Source: Chitinophagales bacterium (GTDB lineage Bacteria > Bacteroidota > Bacteroidia > Chitinophagales > BACL12). Taken from it: DNA of 64,000 bases. This document shows positions 8,919 through 16,554 of this stretch, piece after piece. The DNA lies in NCBI GenBank assembly GCA_020636645.1, contig JACJXO010000002.1:99375-163374 (forward strand), read 5' to 3'. The notes under the pieces were generated by a model. It was given only the letters and a program-made list of their open reading frames with translations. It searched no databases and was not told the DNA's origin. Made by a program: the position numbers and the translations under genes. Each line of letters opens with the position of its first letter. Position 1 is the stretch's first letter.

Positions 8919-10649
8919 TCAGAATTCCATTGAGAATAAGAGTGCTAACTGAGAAACGCCATAAGCAGGTAATGTGCCAATGACATTGCTAGTGCCAAAG
9001 TTGTTGTACTGCCCCATGACATACACCTGATCGCTGAAACGGTAACGGATACCTGCGCCACCCATCCACTGAGATCCATCTGCATTGAATTCATTAAAGT
9101 TGACAATATCTCCGTAGGCATCTGTCTGGTTCATGAATTCAAAACCACTGTATGAATGATATAACAATCCGGCTACCAGATCTGTTTTCTCCAGGATCTC
9201 TATTTCCAGTCCGGTGCCAGCTATCATCGTGCTGAGATCAACAGATGGAACGCCTTCCTGATCTGCCGGCCTGGAGGTGTTATCCATCCGTAAAGAAACG
9301 GAAGCCTTCAATGCTCTCGTTTTGTTTTTACTATAGCTTTCCTGCTCCCAGTTCAGACGTGCTTCAAGCCTGTTGAATTGCCTGTAACTGGTGGTTCCCT
9401 GACCCCTTACCTCAGTAAGCATAAGTCCATTCAGGTTGGCACTCAGCCGGTCATCCAGCAGTTTGCAGGTAGCGTTTGCCTGCAGCCCCTGTCTGTTGGG
9501 TGTGGCTGCACCGTAAGGAGTGATGTTATCATATCGTGGATCATAGACCATCAGACCTTCGCTGAGTTGCAGGTTGTACAATGATGATTCACGGATCAGG
9601 TCCAGCATGGTCAGAGAACGCACCAGCTGGTTATTGGTAAGACGATCAAAGGCTGCAGGATAGGCGTCAAACAACACACGCTTGGTCTGTGCACCCGGAC
9701 TTCTGAAATCCGGTCCTACCCATTTGTACCCTGCAGAGATGCTCAGTTTACCCCCGGCATCCTGCAGTTGAAACATCAGGTCAGAAAAGACATCAGACCG
9801 TTCAGGTGCCAGCGGATCTTCCAGGTAGCGGGTTTGCGACATACCTGCTTCCAGATCGCCGGAAAGGGTCCAGTTGCCAAAGCTTTTTTCGCTGCTCAAT
9901 GATGCGGTGTACACAGGGTTCTGCAACAGAATATCATTGCGTGAAGTACCCTTCAGGTCATACAGACTGGCGTAGGTAAATGCACCTGACAGATACGCTC
10001 CCTGCACCCATTCTATACTGGCTGAGCTGAACAGGCGGTCGCTTACCGTGGCAAAATTGGACGGCATGACCCTGCTGGTGAAGAGGTGCATATCTGCCGA
10101 TTCGATGACAGACCGGAAGTTGAATCCGAAGTCAACCGCGGCGCCCTGCTGCCTCCAGCTGTGATCCAGATTTTGGAAATTATCGTACATGACCTGATCG
10201 CTCAGATGTGCAAGCAGAACAGGCGACAGGTCATATAGTTCCTGATCGTTGTTGTAGAGGGTGTATTTGGTCAACTGATAATTGATATCGCCCAGCTGGT
10301 AGCGCACAACTTTGTTCAGCACACCTTTAAGGTAAAGCTGGCGTATATCGAATGTGACACCCGCACCCCAGAATCCACCAAAATCATTGCGGATGCGCAC
10401 CATTCCCTGGATCTCAAGATCTTCAGACGGACGGATATTCACACCGATATCAGCCAGCGCATGTCCGCTGTTCTGCCGGGGTGGAGTAACCGTGTCGGGC
10501 TCTGCCAGTTCCTGTTCCAGCACATCAGCAAAGTATATGGAACGGGCGGCACCATTCACGGTGAACTTGGGAGTTGTCTGTTGTGCCTGCACTGCGGTTG
10601 AAAGGCAGAGCAGCGTACAGAAGATTCCTGTGGTCAATTGTTTATGCAC
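8919..10649 (-). CDS. Outer-membrane beta-barrel protein (porin-like), candidate oligosaccharide channel. GTG start.
   Basis: Signal peptide ending AVQAQQ. Alternating-hydrophobicity beta-strand pattern throughout. C-terminal ...LLFSMEF with terminal Phe. 576 aa, too small for SusC. Its start overlaps the upstream stop by 1 nt (TAGTG). Confidence 0.55.
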   Translation of the reverse strand: MHKQLTTGIFCTLLCLSTAVQAQQTTPKFTVNGAARSIYFADVLEQELAEPDTVTPPRQNSGHALADIGVNIRPSEDLEIQGMVRIRNDFGGFWGAGVTFDIRQLYLKGVLNKVVRYQLGDINYQLTKYTLYNNDQELYDLSPVLLAHLSDQVMYDNFQNLDHSWRQQGAAVDFGFNFRSVIESADMHLFTSRVMPSNFATVSDRLFSSASIEWVQGAYLSGAFTYASLYDLKGTSRNDILLQNPVYTASLSSEKSFGNWTLSGDLEAGMSQTRYLEDPLAPERSDVFSDLMFQLQDAGGKLSISAGYKWVGPDFRSPGAQTKRVLFDAYPAAFDRLTNNQLVRSLTMLDLIRESSLYNLQLSEGLMVYDPRYDNITPYGAATPNRQGLQANATCKLLDDRLSANLNGLMLTEVRGQGTTSYRQFNRLEARLNWEQESYSKNKTRALKASVSLRMDNTSRPADQEGVPSVDLSTMIAGTGLEIEILEKTDLVAGLLYHSYSGFEFMNQTDAYGDIVNFNEFNADGSQWMGGAGIRYRFSDQVYVMGQYNNFGTSNVIGTLPAYGVSQLALLFSMEF

Positions 10650-12628
10650 TAGAAAAATATTTTAATTTCTACCATAGTTTCCTGGCCCTGAAATGCATCA
10701 TCGGCAAAACTGGCATCTTCAAATGCGAACCATCGGTGACGCAGATACAGGCGGGCATTAAATCCCAGATCGATATCCAGGCCGGCGCCATATCCTGTAC
10801 CGGTCTGATTTCGGGGTCTTCTGCTTTCTTCATCAATATCTGTCAGATAGTTGCCCAGGGTTCTTTCATAGCCTGCATAGCCAGAAATCAGTATCCGGTC
10901 GCCCAGTTCCAGATAGGCTTCCAGTTCATTGGCATATTGCCTGATGTAAGCTTCTTCGCTGGTAACCGTAAAGGCTGAGAACGATCGTTGTACTGAAGAA
11001 TAGTATCCCAGATAGAACAGGTAAATATTCTTGCCGAATACTTTGGAATGGTATTTTACCTGCGGTTCAAATACGCTGAAGAACTTCTTGTTGATGACCA
11101 CTCCGGAACTGTCGTCAAAGAGGTTTACGGTCTCATAGACATCGCGGTATATGACCGAATAACGCTGGTAAGGCCCCACTTCTGCAGGAAACAGCCAGCG
11201 CCACATGCGGCTTCTGGTCAGTTGATTGACAGGATGTCCATAAGTGATGACCGAAGAAATGGGTTCCAGTTCTGCCTGTGCAGCCAGACCGATATTGAAT
11301 TTAAAATCACCCAGGGTGTATTCCATATTCAGATCTGCTCCCTGTCGGTTATTAGACATCTGACCGATGCGCAGCATAGAACTGCCGAATGGCTGCAATA
11401 CCGCAGTGCTGCCTATTGTTCCGGCAGGTAATGCTGCAGGATTGTACTCTCGGATAGCAGTATTGAGAAAAATGGAATTGTCATTGATGACCTTCGGACT
11501 GATATAGAAATAGTGCAGGCTCCATCGGGGCAATGTCTTCTTCGCAGGTGTGGTCAGGGTAGCGGATATCAGCCCTCCGTTGCCGGCATCTTGCACCGGA
11601 CTGAAGTAATTTCCCAGTCCACCTTCGGCCAGCAATGAAAATCCTTTCATATGCACCATCCACTCCAGGGTGGTGAGGTGAAATCCTACCTTTTCTTCCG
11701 ACAGACTATCGGCCCAGGTGGTAGCATGCAAACTGTTGATGCTGATGTACTGTCCGGGTCCTGTTTTCTTTTGCAGTTTTCCCCCATAAGTATAACTTGG
11801 CCAGGGACTGAAGCCTCCGTTGAATTCAGATTTACCCACCAGGGCAGTAAAGGAAAGGTCTTTGGGAAGGCCGTTTCCATCCAGTATCAAACCCTTGAAT
11901 GCCCGGTTTCCCCAACGGGTATCCTGGTTGATACCACCTTCGTTGAAATAGGTCTCGTAGCGGGCCGGCAAAGAAGCTCCTGCCGGATCCCATGGATTGC
12001 GTTCAAACAGTGTAAAGCGATTATATCCCCTGAAAGAAGCCATGGTCAGGTCAGACAAACGCACCCAGTGAATGCCGCCTGCCCGCAAGGTAAATGTGCC
12101 GGAGCGGGTTTCCTGGATACCGGTAAAGTTCAGCCCGAGATTCAGGTTCATCTGTCCGCCAAGGCGTGTTCCGCTTAATGGATCCTGAAAAGAGGGACGA
12201 AGTGAATCCGGCACTTGTGCCCCATAGGTGGTGCCGATGGCACCATTGAGAAACTGAAAGGCAAACACATCAAATGAAAATGAAGTATGCGGAGCAGGTT
12301 TCCCGGAGATGGTGAGTTGCAGATTTGGAAGCTGGCTGTCATCACCAATGAAGAGACTGGCTGGCAATACAGTATCATTAATAACAGGATTCAGCACATA
12401 GGGAAGGTCATGTGTGGTATAGGTGGCAAAGAAGCGGTAAAATCCTGACACAGAGATCTTTCTGAGCGGCGATGGTTCTTCTGCAGGACGGATGCCCAAT
12501 GCAGTTTCCGTACTGTCTTCTACCTGTGCTACAGCTGTGTTGGCAGCCATCATACAGATCAGTATCAGCCACATGATAAAGCTGCCTGATACAAACATTT
12601 TCAGATTAGACGTACGGGTTCCTGACAT
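10649..12628 (-). CDS. Outer-membrane beta-barrel protein (porin-like), second copy. Not a TonB-dependent transporter.
   Basis: Probable true start at the internal Met (MFVSGSFIMWLILICMMAANTAVAQ, about 12598). Beta-strand periodicity. C-terminal VEIKIFF. No TonB box or plug. Confidence 0.55.
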   Translation of the reverse strand: MSGTRTSNLKMFVSGSFIMWLILICMMAANTAVAQVEDSTETALGIRPAEEPSPLRKISVSGFYRFFATYTTHDLPYVLNPVINDTVLPASLFIGDDSQLPNLQLTISGKPAPHTSFSFDVFAFQFLNGAIGTTYGAQVPDSLRPSFQDPLSGTRLGGQMNLNLGLNFTGIQETRSGTFTLRAGGIHWVRLSDLTMASFRGYNRFTLFERNPWDPAGASLPARYETYFNEGGINQDTRWGNRAFKGLILDGNGLPKDLSFTALVGKSEFNGGFSPWPSYTYGGKLQKKTGPGQYISINSLHATTWADSLSEEKVGFHLTTLEWMVHMKGFSLLAEGGLGNYFSPVQDAGNGGLISATLTTPAKKTLPRWSLHYFYISPKVINDNSIFLNTAIREYNPAALPAGTIGSTAVLQPFGSSMLRIGQMSNNRQGADLNMEYTLGDFKFNIGLAAQAELEPISSVITYGHPVNQLTRSRMWRWLFPAEVGPYQRYSVIYRDVYETVNLFDDSSGVVINKKFFSVFEPQVKYHSKVFGKNIYLFYLGYYSSVQRSFSAFTVTSEEAYIRQYANELEAYLELGDRILISGYAGYERTLGNYLTDIDEESRRPRNQTGTGYGAGLDIDLGFNARLYLRHRWFAFEDASFADDAFQGQETMVEIKIFF

Positions 12629-12666
12629 ACCGATCAGTTCTGTTGGAATGATAAATGTACTACTTT

Positions 12667-12681
12667 TTGTACTTTTTACAA
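12667..12681. promoter_or_regulatory. Second TTGTA-N5-TACAA palindrome (CTTTTTGTACTTTTTACAA) in the 71-bp gap between the GH at 12700 and the outer-membrane protein at 12628.
   Basis: Same half-sites and spacing as the site at 14809-14823. One of only two gaps wider than 4 bp in the 11-gene array. Confidence 0.45.
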
Positions 12682-12699
12682 TTAGTACCTGAATTTTTT

Positions 12700-14061
12700 T
12701 TAGAGCGACTGTTCCCGCAGCTGGATTGCCTTCTGGTATTGCTCACCTGAAGGATCGGGCAGGACATAAAAAGGTATGTTCAGGTATGCGTAATGATTGG
12801 CTGCATCATAGACATACAGGAACAGGCGGTAGGCACCTTCACTTTGCGGAGCTCGGAAACTTACCTGCTGGCTGTCTTTTCGCATGCCCAGACCTTTCAC
12901 GGAGGGCGGACGGGATTCTGCATCGCCACCGGCTTTTATATCCTGGCTTTCACTCACCACTTCCCAGATGAATTTCATCTGATCGCCGTCTGCATCTGTC
13001 ACAGTTGCCAGTGCCTGGCAGGGTTGCCCTGGTTGCAGAATGATGTCTGCACCTTTTGACTGTCCGTTTAGCGAAGCGGAAGCAATGGCAGGTGCCCTGT
13101 TGGCAGGTTCCTTTCCTGTCCAGGCTCTGATCAGCTCATCTATGGCTTCAGACTGGCGGCCGTCTTCAGAGAGCAGGCCATACCAGGTAGAGGTGGTTTC
13201 CTGTTTTTGTCCCCACAGGAAGACATAAGACCCCACGCATTTAACCCTGTCGCCGGCTATATAATTATTATATCTTGCTTTGTAGGAAGCGGCTTTTTCA
13301 CTGCTGCTCTGCTCTACAGGAGCATTCCATTTTGTCTTGCTGACCTCCCAGTGTCCGTTGGGCCCCCATTCACTGATGATGTATGGCCCTTGCCAGCCGG
13401 CAGACCGGATGGTATCAGGCACAATTCCAATGTCTCCGTATGTGTTTATACCGTATATATCAATAGAAGGAGCGTTGGCCATGATGAGTCTCACTTCAGC
13501 AGGATCCAGTCCTGCCGTAACGGTAGAAGTAGGATGGTTGGGATCAATCTGATGGATCATGGCAGCTATATCTTCAATGGCGTTCCAGACCTTTGTATTG
13601 CTGTAGAACAGATCCACTTCATTACCAACACCCCACAGCAAGAGGGCGGGGTGGTCTTTATAGGTCTTTACCACTTCTGTGAAATAGTCCAGCTGAGCCT
13701 TCACTTTGGATTCATTGTCATAGTCAAACCCATGTCTTTCATGCTGAACCCATAGGCCAAGCATGACCGTCATACCCAGGCGTTGTGCTTCATCAAGTAA
13801 TTCACCGGCATCATCCGGACTCCAGGTCCGGAAACTGTTGGCACCGCATGCTGCTGCCAGATCCAGGTGGTCTGTACCTCCAACACCGTTTATATAGTAT
13901 GGCTCACCATTGCGGTATAACTGCCACTGACCTTCGCTGTTCATGCCTACCGTAACAGGTATTGCCTGACCAGAAACAAGCACTGGGAGGAACAATAGTG
14001 AAGCCAGCAACCAGGACAAACGGCTATGATGCGATATGCGTTTCATGAATGGTATGATCAT
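12700..14061 (-). CDS. Secreted clan GH-A glycoside hydrolase with a C-terminal beta-sandwich (GH158-like architecture). Paralog of 1515..2810.
   Basis: Signal peptide. HERHGFDYD and WGVGNEVDL motifs shared with the paralog. C-terminal domain similarity (DADGDQ..F.WEVV). Overlaps the regulator's stop by 38 bp. Confidence 0.6.
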   Translation of the reverse strand: MIIPFMKRISHHSRLSWLLASLLFLPVLVSGQAIPVTVGMNSEGQWQLYRNGEPYYINGVGGTDHLDLAAACGANSFRTWSPDDAGELLDEAQRLGMTVMLGLWVQHERHGFDYDNESKVKAQLDYFTEVVKTYKDHPALLLWGVGNEVDLFYSNTKVWNAIEDIAAMIHQIDPNHPTSTVTAGLDPAEVRLIMANAPSIDIYGINTYGDIGIVPDTIRSAGWQGPYIISEWGPNGHWEVSKTKWNAPVEQSSSEKAASYKARYNNYIAGDRVKCVGSYVFLWGQKQETTSTWYGLLSEDGRQSEAIDELIRAWTGKEPANRAPAIASASLNGQSKGADIILQPGQPCQALATVTDADGDQMKFIWEVVSESQDIKAGGDAESRPPSVKGLGMRKDSQQVSFRAPQSEGAYRLFLYVYDAANHYAYLNIPFYVLPDPSGEQYQKAIQLREQSL

Positions 14062-14740
14062 ACGTGAATAATCGGGCAGGTCGATGCGATACGTCTTCCT
14101 GGAACAGCTCTGTTTCTACCAGGTAAGGCATCTCATGAAGCTTTTTTCTGAAATTCCCTTTGTCATAAGAACGGTTCAGTACTACCTCAAAGAACTGCTG
14201 CAATTCTGAAAGCGTGAAGAACTGAGGCAGCACAGCTTCCCACAGCGGCCTGCGCCGGGTGCTGTGCTGCGTGCGGTGTCTTAGTTTATCCAGGGCGTAG
14301 CGAATGATGTCTGCATGGTCAAAGGTCAGTTCCGGAATGTCATCAAGCGAAAACCATTGAGCTTTATTGGCCCAGTGTGACGGCTGCGGCTGCACATCCA
14401 GTTTGTTGACAATTGCGTAATATCCAATGGTTACCACCCGTCTTCCCGGCACCCTGTCAGCTTCTCCGAAGGCGTGTGCCTGCTGCAGAGGAATATGAGC
14501 AAGTCCGGTCAGGTCTCGCAGTACACGATGGGCTGCTTCATCAATGTCTTCCTGAGGATAGACAAGATCTCCCGGAAGTGCCCAGGACCCCTGAAGCTCT
14601 TCAGCACCTATTTCTATGAGCATGACCTCCAGTGACTGTACCCCGTAGCCAAACACTACACAGTCAATGGAAACCTCCATCATGCGGTCATTGTCCTGAG
14701 GCTTCTTCCTCCTGTTGGCATTATCGAAGTTGTTTTTCAT
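14024..14740 (-). CDS. NUDIX-domain transcriptional regulator of the NrtR family (AraR-like sugar-responsive type), with a C-terminal winged-helix domain.
   Basis: N-terminal NUDIX-like fold (GSWALPGDLVYPQEDIDEAAHRVLRDLTGL) and a C-terminal wHTH-like region. It is the first gene of the minus-strand array, divergent from the repeat-protein genes. An alternative start at MMEVSID is possible. Confidence 0.65.
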   Translation of the reverse strand: MKNNFDNANRRKKPQDNDRMMEVSIDCVVFGYGVQSLEVMLIEIGAEELQGSWALPGDLVYPQEDIDEAAHRVLRDLTGLAHIPLQQAHAFGEADRVPGRRVVTIGYYAIVNKLDVQPQPSHWANKAQWFSLDDIPELTFDHADIIRYALDKLRHRTQHSTRRRPLWEAVLPQFFTLSELQQFFEVVLNRSYDKGNFRKKLHEMPYLVETELFQEDVSHRPARLFTYDHTIHETHIAS

Positions 14741-14800
14741 CTGTTGTTGAATGAATCTTTCTACAAATGTGCTGCAGAAAGTCCTGTTTAGCTAAAATAG

Positions 14801-14823
14801 GTAGCTTTTTGTAAAAATTACAA
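14801..14823. promoter_or_regulatory. Candidate NrtR-type operator in the divergent promoter: 18-mer GTAGCTTTTTGTAAAAAT containing the palindrome TTTGTAA-AAA-TTACAAA (core GT-N7-AC).
   Basis: Perfect inverted repeat with 7-bp arms, between the regulator start (14740) and repeat-protein gene 1 (14911). The same 18-mer recurs at 4409-4426. Confidence 0.5.
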
Positions 14824-14910
14824 ATTCTTTTTCCAACTTTTTGTATTTTATACTAAAAGGGATATTTTTACTGAGTAAATAGCAGCTATAACCTTTTAAA
14901 ATTCCTACCA

Positions 14911-16506
14911 ATGAGATCCATTTTTACCTTCTTTGCAGCTGTTCTGCTCTCCACAGCCGCAATGGCTCAGACCTACAATGTCACCTTCCGGGTTGACATG
15001 AATGAAGTAGGTGACCCTTACACAACTCCTGAAGTAAACGGCAGCTGGGATGGCTGGTGTGGCGGTTGTACTCCGCTGGAAGATCCTGATGGTGATGGTG
15101 TGTGGACCATTACCAAAACACTGGATGCAGGCTTTTATGAGTATAAGTTTGCCTTTGACAGCTGGGCCGGATCTGAGACCCTGGCTCCGGGCTCATCCTG
15201 TACCATTACCACCGGTGGCTTTACCAACCGCTTTGTTGATGTGACCGGCGATGTTGCCCTCGATACCGTATGTTATGGTGCCTGTACTACCTGTTCAGAA
15301 GCCGTCACATATGACATCACTTTTTATGTGAACATGAATGAAGTAGGCGATCCTTATACCACTCCTGAAGTGAATGGTAACTGGGACGGCTGGTGCGGTG
15401 GTTGTACTCCGCTGGAAGATCCTGACGGAGATGGTATCTGGAGTATAACCAAGTCTCTCTCTCCCGGTACCTATGAATACAAGTTTGCCTATGACAGCTG
15501 GACAGGTTCAGAGAACCTCGCCCCCGGTACAGACTGTACCATCACCACCGGAGGCTTTACCAACCGGATTATAACTGTAGATGCAGATGCTGCCCTCCCG
15601 GTAGTATGCTGGGGAAGTTGCAGCAACTGCGGAGAGGCTGTACTGTATGATGTAACCTTCCAGGTCAACATGAATGAAGTGGCTGATCCGTTCACCACAC
15701 CAGAAGTGAATGGTACTTTCAATGGTTGGTGCGGCGGTTGTGCGCCTATGTCAGATGGCGATGGCGACGGTATCTGGGAGATCACCATTCCTCTGGAAGC
15801 CGGCACGTATGAATATAAATTTGCATATGATAGCTGGGCAGGACAGGAAACCCTGACTCCCGGCGATCCTTGTACTATGACCACTGATGTATTCACCAAC
15901 AGGGTGATCACCATCAGCGAAGAAACTGTGATAGGTGCAGTATGCTGGGGCAGCTGCGACAATTGTGTTGTGGCTACCTGCGAGCTTCCGTCTGATGTGA
16001 CCATTGACTATGTAGGAGGTACCGGCACGGAAGCAACCGTTACCTGGACCGCTGTACCTGGTGCTACCCAGTACGGACTCCGTTATCGTGAACTTGGTAC
16101 TCCTGAATGGCTTAAAAAAGCTACCACAGGTACCGGTGTTTTCCTGATCGGCCTGACCCCTGGTGCAACATATCAGTATCAGATGGTAAGCCGCTGCGGT
16201 GAAGACCGTGCAGGCCCCGGTTCCATTGCTACCTTCACTACTCCTACCAGAATGGGACAGTTTGGTTCTGATGACTGGATGGTATATCCTAATCCAAGCA
16301 ATGGTACCTTCCAGCTGGTTTCTTCAGGTCTGTCAGAACAAGCCATGCTGATGGTCATGAATGTGGCAGGTCAGCAGGTGTATGAGACCATGATCACCAA
16401 CGACAGCCAGACCATAACCCTGAATGGCCTTGCCGATGGCTTGTACACCCTGGTAATCGTTGCAGGTGAAAGTATGTCTGCAACTACCATTTCCATTCTG
16501 CAATAA
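14911..16506 (+). CDS. T9SS-secreted protein with 3 tandem copies of a roughly 112-aa six-cysteine repeat domain (CBM-like), then Fn3, then a T9SS C-terminal sorting domain.
   Basis: Signal peptide AAMAQ. The repeat (TF.VDMNEV.DP.TTPEVNG.WDGWCGGCTPLEDPDGDG.W...YEYKFA.DSW.G.E.L.PG..CT.TTG.FTNR.....VCWGSC) is seen three times. Fn3-like TVTWTAVPGATQY. CTD VYPNPSNGTFQL...ISILQ. Confidence 0.8.
   Translation: MRSIFTFFAAVLLSTAAMAQTYNVTFRVDMNEVGDPYTTPEVNGSWDGWCGGCTPLEDPDGDGVWTITKTLDAGFYEYKFAFDSWAGSETLAPGSSCTITTGGFTNRFVDVTGDVALDTVCYGACTTCSEAVTYDITFYVNMNEVGDPYTTPEVNGNWDGWCGGCTPLEDPDGDGIWSITKSLSPGTYEYKFAYDSWTGSENLAPGTDCTITTGGFTNRIITVDADAALPVVCWGSCSNCGEAVLYDVTFQVNMNEVADPFTTPEVNGTFNGWCGGCAPMSDGDGDGIWEITIPLEAGTYEYKFAYDSWAGQETLTPGDPCTMTTDVFTNRVITISEETVIGAVCWGSCDNCVVATCELPSDVTIDYVGGTGTEATVTWTAVPGATQYGLRYRELGTPEWLKKATTGTGVFLIGLTPGATYQYQMVSRCGEDRAGPGSIATFTTPTRMGQFGSDDWMVYPNPSNGTFQLVSSGLSEQAMLMVMNVAGQQVYETMITNDSQTITLNGLADGLYTLVIVAGESMSATTISILQ
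14968..15975 (+). repeat. 3 x 336-bp coding tandem repeat, one protein domain per unit.
   Basis: Units begin near 14968, 15304 and 15640. Nucleotide identity is high but with third-position divergence. Confidence 0.75.
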
Positions 16507-16515
16507 ATTTCATCC

Positions 16516-16541
16516 GGGGAGCTGACAATCAGCTCCCCTTT
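16516..16541 (+). terminator. Intrinsic terminator after repeat-protein gene 1 (GGGGAGCTG-acaat-CAGCTCCCC-TTT).
   Basis: 9-bp GC-rich stem and 5-nt loop, 10 bp after the stop codon. Short T run. Confidence 0.55.
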
Positions 16542-16554
16542 AAACACTACCCAA

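Noticed and set aside
8919-12628. SusC/SusD pair.
   Set aside because: Neither protein has a TonB box or plug and barrel size, nor the TPR-like SusD helical fold. Both have beta-strand periodicity and C-terminal Phe, consistent with smaller porin-like barrels.
15489-16004. 171-aa minus-strand ORF, with others at 16972-17601, 18000-18299 and 18336-18542, inside the repeat-protein genes.
   Set aside because: They are antisense to strongly supported coding repeats. The periodic codon bias of the sense strand creates long stop-free antisense frames. There is no independent signal.
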